From assembly GCA_963422375.2 (NCBI GenBank), contig OY729428.2, positions 1,760,001 through 1,824,000 on the forward strand: 64,000 bases of DNA, read 5' to 3'. Positions 21,871-30,826 of the stretch are shown here, one piece after another. The notes under the pieces are model-generated. The model ran no database searches and was not told the DNA's origin. It saw only the letters and a program-made list of their open reading frames with translations. Position 1 is the stretch's first letter. Each line of letters starts with the position of its first letter. This DNA comes from Bryobacterales bacterium (GTDB lineage: Bacteria > Acidobacteriota > Terriglobia > Bryobacterales > UBA6623). The position numbers and the translations under genes were made by a program.

Positions 21871-23414
21871 GGGAATTATATATCTGAGTGCCGAGGGAAT
21901 CAAGTCGGCAAATTATCAAGCCATTATAAGATTTCATATTTCTTCCGACTTTCCGTTGACATTCTGTGGTGTTTCTTGGTAGAATAGTTCCAGTAGGGGA
22001 TACCGTAAATGAAGAAACAAGGTCCCGGAAATTGGTTCCGTAAAGGCATCACCTTGATCGAAGTGATCGCCATGTTCTCCGATGACGAATCCGCGGAAAA
22101 GTGGTTCGCCTCCATGCGCTGGCCGGACGGTCCTGCGTGCCCCCGCTGCCGCGGCTCCAGCGTGCAGTCCGACGCGGCCCACCCTTCGATGCCGTACCGT
22201 TGCCGCGGCTGCGGCAAGCGCTTTTCGGTGCGCACCGGCAGCGTGACGGCCGACACCAAGCTCGGCTACCGCACCTGGGCCGTCGCCCTGTTCCTGCTGA
22301 CTACCGGCATCAAGGGCGTCTCGAGCATGAAGCTGCACCGCGACCTAGGCATCAGCCAAAAGTCGGCCTGGCACCTGGCGCACCGCATCCGCGCGTGCTG
22401 GGAGCGCGATCGGGGCCTGTTCGCCGGCCCGGTGGAGGTGGACGAGACCTACGTCGGCGGCAAGGAACGCAACAAGCACGAGAGGAAGAAGGCCCGCGCC
22501 GGGCGCGGGCCCGTCGGCAAGACGCCCGTGGCGGGGGCGCGGGACCGCGCCACGAACGCAGTGGCCGCGCGGCCGCTGCCGGGCACCGCCGAGGGCGACC
22601 TGCAGGGCTTCGCGCGCGCCCGCGTCGCGCCGGGGGCGCAGCTCCGCTCCGACGAGGCGGCGGCCTGCGCCGGCATGGCCGAGTTCGCGCACGAAGCCGT
22701 CAGGCACTCCGGCGCTCCGGCGGCGAGTACGTGCGCGGGGCAGCGCATGCGAACGGCATCGAGTCGTTCCGGTCCCTGTTCAAGCGCGGCCTCTACGAAA
22801 CCTATCACCGGATGAGCGTCCGTCATCCGGGTCGCTACCTCACGGAGTTCGCGGGACGGTACAACGACCGCGACTGCGACACGGCGGAACGGATGCGGCG
22901 CATGGCGCGGGGCTTGGTCGGCCGGACGCTGACCTACCGGCAGCTGACCGGCAAGGCCGCGGTCGCGGCCTGAGCGGCGCCCGCCGCGCTGAGCGCGGCA
23001 GCCCGCTGTGGGCGCGCGCTTCACACTCGGTGCGCTTCACGCTCGGTACGAGGGGCGCACCGGATCCGGAATGTCCCGGCGCGACCCCGGTCCGGTCCGG
23101 ACCGTCCATGCAGGCCGTCGAGCGCCGGGGATCCGCTGTCTTCGGCCCTCGCAGGGCCTGCAAGCGGCTTGCAAGGGGTGTCCTGCCACCGCCAACCGGG
23201 TGCCACCGGGGCAACCGGGGCAGGCGAGGCGGCCTCTCTAGTCCCTTCCTCGTCCAATCCGCTGGCAGGCTCCATTCAGATACGATCCCACCCCACTCCA
23301 CCCCTCTGTGCCCGCCGCGGCCGCACTCGCATGACCCCAGCTCGACACCCACCTCCCTGCTCACAGCAGTTCTAGTCGGACATGGCGTTGTCGGCACTCA
23401 GATATATAATTCCC
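21871..23414 (+). mobile_element. IS1595-family element A2; transposase 22009-22973 frameshifted
   Basis: TIR GGGAATTATATATCTGAGTGCCGA at both ends; GPVEVDETYVGG, SDE, NGIESF, YLTEFAGRYN; 8-bp duplication at 22707-22722. Confidence 0.93.
21956..21985 (+). promoter_or_regulatory. Sigma70-type promoter of the IS1595-A transposase
   Basis: TTGACA-18 bp-TAGAAT with TGn extension; conserved in A3 (41749-41778, minus strand). Confidence 0.7.
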
Positions 23415-23423
23415 AAATTAATT

Positions 23424-24456
23424 CCTGATTACCAACGAACATCAGCCGAGGATATGCTATACTGGAGGAGGTCGGAAACCTCTGACAGGAAAGGGGATAG
23501 CAGATGAAACGCAATCGCGTGCAATTCCAGAAGGGACTCAGCCCGGGCAAGTTCCTGCAGCGCTACGGCAGCGAGGGGCCATGCGAGCAGGCCGTCTTCA
23601 AGGCCCGCTGGCCGGACGGCTTCCGCTGCCCGGAGTGCGGCTCCCGGCGGCACTGCCGCATCCGCTCCCGCAAGCTCTGGCAGTGCCATGCCTGCCACCG
23701 CCGGACCTCCCTCGTCGCCGGCACGATCTTCGCCGCCACCAAGCTGCCGCTGACCGTCCGGTTCCTGGCGCTCCACCTGCTGACGCAGGGCAAGCACGGC
23801 GTTTCGTCGCTGGAACTGGCGCGGCAGCCGGGGGTCAGCCGGAATACCGCCTGGAAGATGAAGCACAAGCTCTTGCAAGTGATGAAAGAGCGCGACGAGC
23901 GCGTGCCGCCGGGCGGCATCGTGCAGGTGGACGACGCCTGCCGGGGCGGGGAGCGGAGCGGCGGCAAGCGCGGTCGCGGCGCGGCGGGCAAGACGCCGTT
24001 CGTGGCCGCCGTGCAGGTCACCGCCGCCGGCCAGCCGGCAAGGATGCGCCTGAGCAGCGTGGCGGGCTTCCGCAAGAAGACGCTGGCAGCGTGGGCCGGG
24101 CGGCACTTGCAGCCCGGCACGAAGGTGCATTCCGACGGCCCGGCCTGCTTCCGGGGCGTGGCCGGCGCCGGCTGCGAGCACGTGCCGACCGTCACCGGAG
24201 GCGGGCAGCGGAGCTGCGGGGATTCCCGCTTCGTCCGGGTCAACACGATGCCGGGGAACGTCAAGCAGTCCCTGGCGGGAACCTGCCATTCGTTCGACGG
24301 CAAGCACCTGCCGCGCTACCTCGCCGAGTTCCGCTACCGCTTCAACCGCCGCTACGATCTCGAGGCGCTGGTCCCCCGCCTGCTCCACGCCTCCGTGCGC
24401 ACCCCGCCCAGGCCTTACCGCCTCCTAACCTTGGCTGCGTCTTGTGGGTAATCAGG
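23424..24456 (+). mobile_element. IS1595-family element B3; transposase ORF 23504-24451
   Basis: CCTGATTACC TIRs; TSD AATTAATT (23416-23423, 24457-24464). Confidence 0.93.
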
Positions 24457-24519
24457 AATTAATTTATGGACTGATAATTTGCAAAATCGGTTGCCTAGGC
24501 ACTCAGATATATAATTCCC
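24457..24519 (-). mobile_element. 63-bp left-end stub of an IS1595-A element
   Basis: Reverse complement matches 8285-8347 with a single mismatch. Confidence 0.9.
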
Positions 24520-25104
24520 CAAGTTTAGCCTGCACGATCTTGGAAATGGAAGGATGAGCCTCGATTCCCCAAGACTCAATCCCGCATTGCTCGGCAGCGA
24601 TTAGAGTTGTACCGCATCCTACAAACGGGTCCAAGACACGCGCATGATTCTTCTTGACTTCAAGAGAAATAACCCCTTCAGCCCATGCACCGCTGAATCC
24701 CGCGCTGTACCGAAACCACCGGTGAACCGGCAGCCTCATGTTGCCCACGAAGCTGGACGACCTCTCTTCAGCGGGAATCGTGGCTTCCATAATCACCGTA
24801 ATGCTAGGGTAGTGGACCGCACTGCGGGCGAATGGCAGGCCGGATGGGTTGGGACGCAGCTTGACGATTCACCTCTAACAAGCGCTTGGGGGCTCCAAAC
24901 CGCATTTGACAACCGATCTGATTGAGGATAGCATACTCGGAGAGGCTCGGCGCGTCGGCACCCGCTTGAAGCGCCTTCTGCCGATGAGTTCGGACGGACG
25001 TCTGGAGTGTCGTTGGAGCACTGCGATGTCAGGCGACTTTCGCAGACGCTCAAGTGTCATCAGGCCAGGCATGTCCTGCCGCCCCAGTGTCGTAACGAGT
25101 CGAG

Positions 25105-26589
25105 TCACTCGCTACTCGATGCAACCCGCTCGAGGAGCGCGAGGAGTTCGCGCTCGATCGTCACCGACGCCCGCTTCTCGACTTGACTGGTCCCGAGCCA
25201 CGTTTCGTATCCGCCGAGCTCGTGCTGCTCCGGCGTCGGGAGGTACTTCTCGGCGCCGTTGGCGAGCGAGATGACGAACGTCGGTCGGAGCGGACTGGCG
25301 CGCTTGATCGCCAGACCTGTCTCCGCGAACGTCTCGAAGGGCAATGCCGCCATTCCTAGGTCGCCTACCCGGATCGCCTGGAGGAGGACTCCGACCTCGT
25401 CCGGGCCGTCGTTGAGTCGGACCGCCCGCTGGGCATAAATCAGCGGCCTTGCTTCCGTGGCCTCGGGCGGGCTGGCGAGCAGTCTGCGCGAGCGCTCCAG
25501 AATCCGGGTCGACGGCTTCCGGAGCGCAAGCGTGACTTCGCTCTGGGCCATCGATACTTCGGCCTGCCTCCGGTGCTCGATGGATCCATAGATGCCGAGG
25601 ACCGTGTCCGCTAGCTCGGCCGCCACCCTCCGGACCTGCTCAAACGGTTCCTTCGGCACTCTCGGCTTGGAGAAATCGAGGTTGTTGACATTGCCGCTGG
25701 TTCCGTTCGCAAGGATGCCCACGAAAGTCCCTGCGGCCCCCATCCGCTGGGCGACTACCCTTGCGAATTCCCCGAAGTAATCAGCCGAGACCCGCCCGGC
25801 GGGGATCCCTCCCACGTAGTGCAGCGAGTAGTTCGCCAGCAGGGCCAGAGGCTCGCCCGCAGTTGACCGAACGGACAGCACCGACACCTCCGGATCGACC
25901 GGACCCGACGGCTGGGCGAGGTCAGGGCTTGCGAACGGAGGATTCATGCGCACCCTGTCCGTTGTTTTGCCGAACGGGTCCGGCGGTATCGCCCCTTCCT
26001 TCATGAACCACCGCCGGTTGAACACCTCGCCCGGAAGCGCTCCCGTGCCCCATCCGACCTCCGCGGGCTCGAGGCGCTCGTGGGCCGCGACTATCGAGGA
26101 AGCAATGCCGTCGATCAGTCGCTCCGAATAGAGCGCCTCGTTCTCTTCGAGACGCTCGACCTCCAGGCCGCGCAGGCCGGTGTCCGGGGCGGGCGGAGGA
26201 GCGGAATGGGTGTGCGTGGCGGCGACTAGGATTCGGTTCGTGGCGAGGCCGATGGCTGACTGCACTCGTCGCTTCGCTTCGTCAAGGATTTCGCGGGGAA
26301 TGTAGCAGCTGTCGACGATCGCGATCGCCACCGGCGTGTCGCCGTTCCGAAGGACTAGCGCTCGGGAATGCAGGGGGTCGTGCGCGGCGGTCGCCGGACG
26401 GTAGCGGAAGGACCCGATGAGGGGAAGCGGCCATGCCTGCGGCGTGATGTCCACTGCCGCTGCCCCGGCGAGCACGTCGATCCGGTTCGGGGCGCTGCAT
26501 CCAAGCGGAAGAGTCACTACCCCTAGAATCAGCAGTGCGGCTGCGCTCCGGCAAATCTTGCGTTCGCTCGACCTCGCATGAACCCTCAT
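25105..26589 (-). CDS. Neutral/alkaline ceramidase-like lipoprotein
   Basis: AGAAAVDITP, HDPLHSRALVL, ATHTHSAP, NYSLH, SADYFG, YLPT...GGYE; lipobox-like LPLGC. Confidence 0.82.
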   Translation of the reverse strand: MRVHARSSERKICRSAAALLILGVVTLPLGCSAPNRIDVLAGAAAVDITPQAWPLPLIGSFRYRPATAAHDPLHSRALVLRNGDTPVAIAIVDSCYIPREILDEAKRRVQSAIGLATNRILVAATHTHSAPPPAPDTGLRGLEVERLEENEALYSERLIDGIASSIVAAHERLEPAEVGWGTGALPGEVFNRRWFMKEGAIPPDPFGKTTDRVRMNPPFASPDLAQPSGPVDPEVSVLSVRSTAGEPLALLANYSLHYVGGIPAGRVSADYFGEFARVVAQRMGAAGTFVGILANGTSGNVNNLDFSKPRVPKEPFEQVRRVAAELADTVLGIYGSIEHRRQAEVSMAQSEVTLALRKPSTRILERSRRLLASPPEATEARPLIYAQRAVRLNDGPDEVGVLLQAIRVGDLGMAALPFETFAETGLAIKRASPLRPTFVISLANGAEKYLPTPEQHELGGYETWLGTSQVEKRASVTIERELLALLERVASSSE

Positions 26590-26814
26590 TCTGCCGACCG
26601 CTCCCGCTGGCCTATACTACAGGAGGCACTGCAAATCGTCGTTTCCGGTACGCGGTCTCGGTGTCGGGCCGAAGTCTGGATGCCGGTCGCGTCGCGTGAC
26701 GGCGGGAATTCGGCAGCGGCTTCGGGCCTGAAGGTCGGCTCCCTGCACGATTCGCGCCCCGCACGCGATTCTATGTCGAAGGCCCCCGGGGCGGCTGGTA
26801 GGCTGAGGTGCGCA

Positions 26815-29346
26815 ATGAAGCAGAGGCTGCGTGGTTGCGTATTGCCACGTTCGCTGGTTGTCGCGGCAGCTCTCGCAGCCGCTTCGGCATACTCGCTGGC
26901 CCAGTCTCCCGACCACGCGGTACTCGGTCAGGCCTTCCTGTCGGGGTCGCAAGGCGAGCACTTCGGCGTCGCCGGAGCAACGGTTGAACTGCACTCGATC
27001 GCCGTGGAGGAGCCCGACCCCGCAGGTGGTGGTGGCGTCGGCCCGGCCACGGCCGAGGCCGACGAGCTGGGGTTGTTTCGTTTCGACGGCCTCGCGGAAG
27101 GATGCTATTTCCTGATCGCGAGTTCGCCGGGTCTCAGCGGCCAGAGCGACATCCTGTGCGTTCCCTCCGGCGAAGGCCCCCTCCGGATTGACGTCGAACT
27201 GGATGTGGAGACGGTCGTCGAGTCCGTCGAAGTCACAGCATCCGTCATCGCGATCGATCCCACCGAGACAACTTCGTCCGGCTCGGTCGGTGTGTCGACC
27301 CTCGACAACGCTCCCAAGGCGAACCGGAGCGTCGAGGACGTGATGCCGCTGATTCCCGGAGTCCTGCGGGGGCGTGCCGGCGAGATCAACATGAATGGAG
27401 TGCGCGCCACGCAGAGCGGGTCGCAGCTCAACAACGTTGACGTCACCGACCCGGTTGCCCGCACATCCGAGATGACGCTTCCGCTGAGCGTCGTGTCCAG
27501 TGTCGAGGTTCTATCGAGCCCCTACGACGCGCAGTACGGCGGATTCGCCGGGGCCATGTCCACGGTCGAGACCAAGGCAGCCGATCCGTCCGAGTTCCGC
27601 TTCGACCTGCAGAACTTCACGCCGCGCATCCGGCGGCGCGCCGGACGGGTGATCGGCGTCGAGTCGAGCACTCCCCGCCTGACGGTGAACGTGCCATTGA
27701 TTTCGAATCGGGTGGCGTGGCTGCACGCTACCGAATACCAGTACGTCCGCGCCGACCAGGAGGACGCCAACCTCCCTCTGATGGAAAGAGACGTCGAGCG
27801 CGAGATGTTCACGATATTCAATCAGTTCGACGCCTTCGTCTCCGAGAAGAACACGGCGTCGCTCACCGCGCTGGTGTATCCGGAGAAGTTCAACTACTTC
27901 GGACTCAACGCCTTCACGCCGCAGGCATCGACGGCGGATCTGCGCAAGAGGGCGTTTCTCTACACGATCAAGGACTCGCATCAGTTCGCCTCCGGCGGCG
28001 TGCTGCTGTCCCATTTCTCCATCCAGGATCTTGCCAACGACGTCAAGCCGCTCGGGCTGGATCCTAGCGTGATTGGCCTTGACCGCGCTTCGGGCTCCTT
28101 CTTCAATCGGCAGTCCCGAACGACGACCCGGCGCAAGTTATCCGAGCTCTTCCACTTCCGCCCCCGTGGGGCCCACCAGCTCAAGGCCGGCTTTGAATGG
28201 GGCTGGGAAAGCTACCGAGGGAGCCATAGGTACAGTCCCGTAACGTGGCTTGGCGCGAGCGGTCAGCCCGTCCTAGGCCTGCGCTACACCTCGCCGGTCG
28301 AGGTTCGCGGCCGCAAGACCGACCTGTCTGCGTTTCTCCAGAACAAATGGACGGTCAACGACCGGCTGACTCTCGACTTGGGTGCGCGGCTCGAGCGGGA
28401 CTCGCTCTCGGCGCAGCTGAATCCGTCGTACCGAGCCGGGTTCGCCTATGCCTTCGGCGGTGGGTCGCGAACCGTGCTGCGGGGCGGCTCGGGACTGTTC
28501 ATTGATCGGATCAGCCTGCTCGTGCCGACCTTCGAGGCTCTTCCCCTGCGCATCGAGACCCTTTTCGGCCCTGGCGGGACCGTGGAGTGGGAGCGGCGGC
28601 TGCAATCGCGCTTCGACGGGCCCGTCCGCAATGCGCGCAGCCTCGGGTGGAACTTCCAGCTGGACCGGGAGCTTGTCGAGAACCTATTCCTGCGCACCGG
28701 CATCCAATACCGCCGGACTGTCAGCAACTTCCTGATCGACCCGGTCTACGCACGAGACCCGAGGGCGGGACGTGACGCGCTGACGATGAGCAGCGACGGC
28801 CGTGACCACTACCGCGAGTTTCAGGTGTCCCTTCGCTACCGGCTGAGCGGGACAGGGCACATCACCGCCTCGTACGTCCGGTCCAGCTCGTCCGGCGACT
28901 TGAACGACCTCGGCTCGATTTACGGGCCGACGCCTTCGGCGCTGATCCTCCCGAACGAGCGGGCCCCGTTGCGATTCGACGTACCGCATCGCATGCTGAC
29001 ATGGACCGAGTTCAACCTGCCGTGGGGCCTGAAGACGATTCCGGTTTGGGAAGTGCGCAGCGGATTTCCCTACTCCAAAGCGGACGAGTACCGGCGCTTC
29101 GTCGGCCCTCGGAATCGCGCCGGCAGGTTTCCGGTATTCAACGCGCTCGATCTGCAGGTGACCAAGAAGGTGACCATCCCTTTCAGGGGCAAGGACCGGC
29201 GCTTCCGGGCCGGCATCCGGCTGTTCAACCTGCTCAACAACTTCAACCCTCAGGATGTCCAGGGCAACCTTGCCAGCCCGCATTTCGGGATGTTCTACAG
29301 GGGCGTCAAGCGGAAGATCCGGGCGGTGTTCGAAATCGGCTACTAG
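26815..29346 (+). CDS. TonB-dependent receptor-like outer membrane protein
   Basis: Signal peptide, carboxypeptidase-regulatory-like domain, ESVEVTAS, LIPGV, YDAQYGGFAG, RLTLDLGAR, FNLLNNFN, aromatic C-terminus. Confidence 0.85.
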   Translation: MKQRLRGCVLPRSLVVAAALAAASAYSLAQSPDHAVLGQAFLSGSQGEHFGVAGATVELHSIAVEEPDPAGGGGVGPATAEADELGLFRFDGLAEGCYFLIASSPGLSGQSDILCVPSGEGPLRIDVELDVETVVESVEVTASVIAIDPTETTSSGSVGVSTLDNAPKANRSVEDVMPLIPGVLRGRAGEINMNGVRATQSGSQLNNVDVTDPVARTSEMTLPLSVVSSVEVLSSPYDAQYGGFAGAMSTVETKAADPSEFRFDLQNFTPRIRRRAGRVIGVESSTPRLTVNVPLISNRVAWLHATEYQYVRADQEDANLPLMERDVEREMFTIFNQFDAFVSEKNTASLTALVYPEKFNYFGLNAFTPQASTADLRKRAFLYTIKDSHQFASGGVLLSHFSIQDLANDVKPLGLDPSVIGLDRASGSFFNRQSRTTTRRKLSELFHFRPRGAHQLKAGFEWGWESYRGSHRYSPVTWLGASGQPVLGLRYTSPVEVRGRKTDLSAFLQNKWTVNDRLTLDLGARLERDSLSAQLNPSYRAGFAYAFGGGSRTVLRGGSGLFIDRISLLVPTFEALPLRIETLFGPGGTVEWERRLQSRFDGPVRNARSLGWNFQLDRELVENLFLRTGIQYRRTVSNFLIDPVYARDPRAGRDALTMSSDGRDHYREFQVSLRYRLSGTGHITASYVRSSSSGDLNDLGSIYGPTPSALILPNERAPLRFDVPHRMLTWTEFNLPWGLKTIPVWEVRSGFPYSKADEYRRFVGPRNRAGRFPVFNALDLQVTKKVTIPFRGKDRRFRAGIRLFNLLNNFNPQDVQGNLASPHFGMFYRGVKRKIRAVFEIGY

Positions 29347-29446
29347 GTCTCGGCCTGCGCCGACCATTCCAGGGGCCGCGGCGAAAGGCTTGGTTCCCCC
29401 GCGCTGACCCGGCCGGTCGCGGACGCTTCGATATACTCGGATCGGC

Positions 29447-30826
29447 ATGCCCCTGCGCGCCGACCGTCGCCCCGCGAGCCGGCGGGATTTCGTGCAGTCG
29501 CTTTGCGGAGGCTTCGGTGCCGTCGGCCTGGCCGCCCTGCTTGCGGAGCAGCTGGGCGCTGCGAACCGCCGCCCGCCCGGACCGCATTTCGAGCCCAGGG
29601 CCAAGCACGTCGTGTTCCTGTTCATGACGGGCGGCCCGTCGCACATGGACTTGCTGGATCCCAAGCCGGCGCTGCTGGAATACCAGGGCCAGCGGCCCGA
29701 ATCGGCGAATCTCCGCACTGAGCGCATGACGGGCGGCCTGCTCCCGTCGCCCTTCGCATACGCCCGCCACGGGCAGAGCGGCATCGAGGTCAGCGAGCTG
29801 CTGCCGAACCTGGCTCGGGTGGTTGACGAGCTATGCGTCATTCGCTCCATGCACACGTTCAACCCGACGCACGGGCCGGCGCGGAACCTGATCCACTCGG
29901 GGAACATCGCTGCGACGAGGCCCTCCCTCGGCGCTTGGATCTCGTACGGCCTCGGAACGGAGAACCGCAACCTGCCAGGATTCGTAGTCCTCAGCCCGGG
30001 CCACCGTGGCGGCAACCTCTGGCGCTCGGGATTCCTGCCCGCCGAGCACCAAGGCACCCATTTCGATCACGCCCAGACCGATCCGGAGCAGATGATCCAG
30101 TACCTGCGCAATGACGCGCTGGATGCCACTTCGCAGAGGCGTCAGCTCGACCTGATCCAGGCGCTGAACCGGGACCACCGCGAGCGGTTCGGCCGCGACG
30201 CGTATCTTGACGCCCGGATTCGGTCGATGGAGACTGCCTACCGGATGCAGTTCGAGGCGTTGGACGTGTTCGACGTTCGCAACGAGCCCGCGGGCATCCG
30301 GGAGGAATACGGCGACACCCCGTTCGCCAACGGCTGCCTCCTCGCCCGCCGGCTGGTCGAGCGCGGCGTGCGGTACGTTCACGTCTACTACGGGCCCGGC
30401 CAGCCGTGGGACGACCACAAGGCTATCAACAAGAACCTGCGCGATCGCTGCCCCGACATGGACAGGGGCTCCGCCGCGCTCATCCGGGATCTCAAGCGGC
30501 GCGGGCTGCTCGAGGAGACCTTGGTCGTGTGGGGAGGGGAATTCGGGCGCACCCCAGTCTCGGAGGCCGGCGACGGCCGCGATCACAACCCCTACGGTTT
30601 CACCATGTGGCTGGCGGGCGGCGGGATGCGCGGCGGCGTGGCGCACGGGGCCACCGACGACTTCGGGTTCCAAGCCGTCGAGGATCGCGTCAGCGTCCAC
30701 GATCTCCACGCCACGATGCTCGACCGCCTCGGCTTCGATCACGAGCGGCTGACCTACCGCTACGCGGGCCGGGACTTCCGTCTGACGGATGTCCACGGGG
30801 AGGTCGTGCGCGAGCTGACGGTATGA
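29447..30826 (+). CDS. DUF1501 family protein
   Basis: SRRDFV, GGPSHMDLLDPKP, LLARRLVERGVR, GEFGRTP, GRDHNP. Confidence 0.92.
   Translation: MPLRADRRPASRRDFVQSLCGGFGAVGLAALLAEQLGAANRRPPGPHFEPRAKHVVFLFMTGGPSHMDLLDPKPALLEYQGQRPESANLRTERMTGGLLPSPFAYARHGQSGIEVSELLPNLARVVDELCVIRSMHTFNPTHGPARNLIHSGNIAATRPSLGAWISYGLGTENRNLPGFVVLSPGHRGGNLWRSGFLPAEHQGTHFDHAQTDPEQMIQYLRNDALDATSQRRQLDLIQALNRDHRERFGRDAYLDARIRSMETAYRMQFEALDVFDVRNEPAGIREEYGDTPFANGCLLARRLVERGVRYVHVYYGPGQPWDDHKAINKNLRDRCPDMDRGSAALIRDLKRRGLLEETLVVWGGEFGRTPVSEAGDGRDHNPYGFTMWLAGGGMRGGVAHGATDDFGFQAVEDRVSVHDLHATMLDRLGFDHERLTYRYAGRDFRLTDVHGEVVRELTV

Larger units (their letters stand above)
21757..24796 (-). pseudogene. DNA methyltransferase (amino-MTase type) N-terminal part, interrupted and truncated by IS1595 elements
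   Basis: 24520-24796 encodes PVHRWFRYSAGFS and VLDPFVGCGTT (SAM motif I); rejoins across the CAAGTTTA TSD to 21757-21870 (QAKL|AYRISPDEYF...). Confidence 0.85.
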
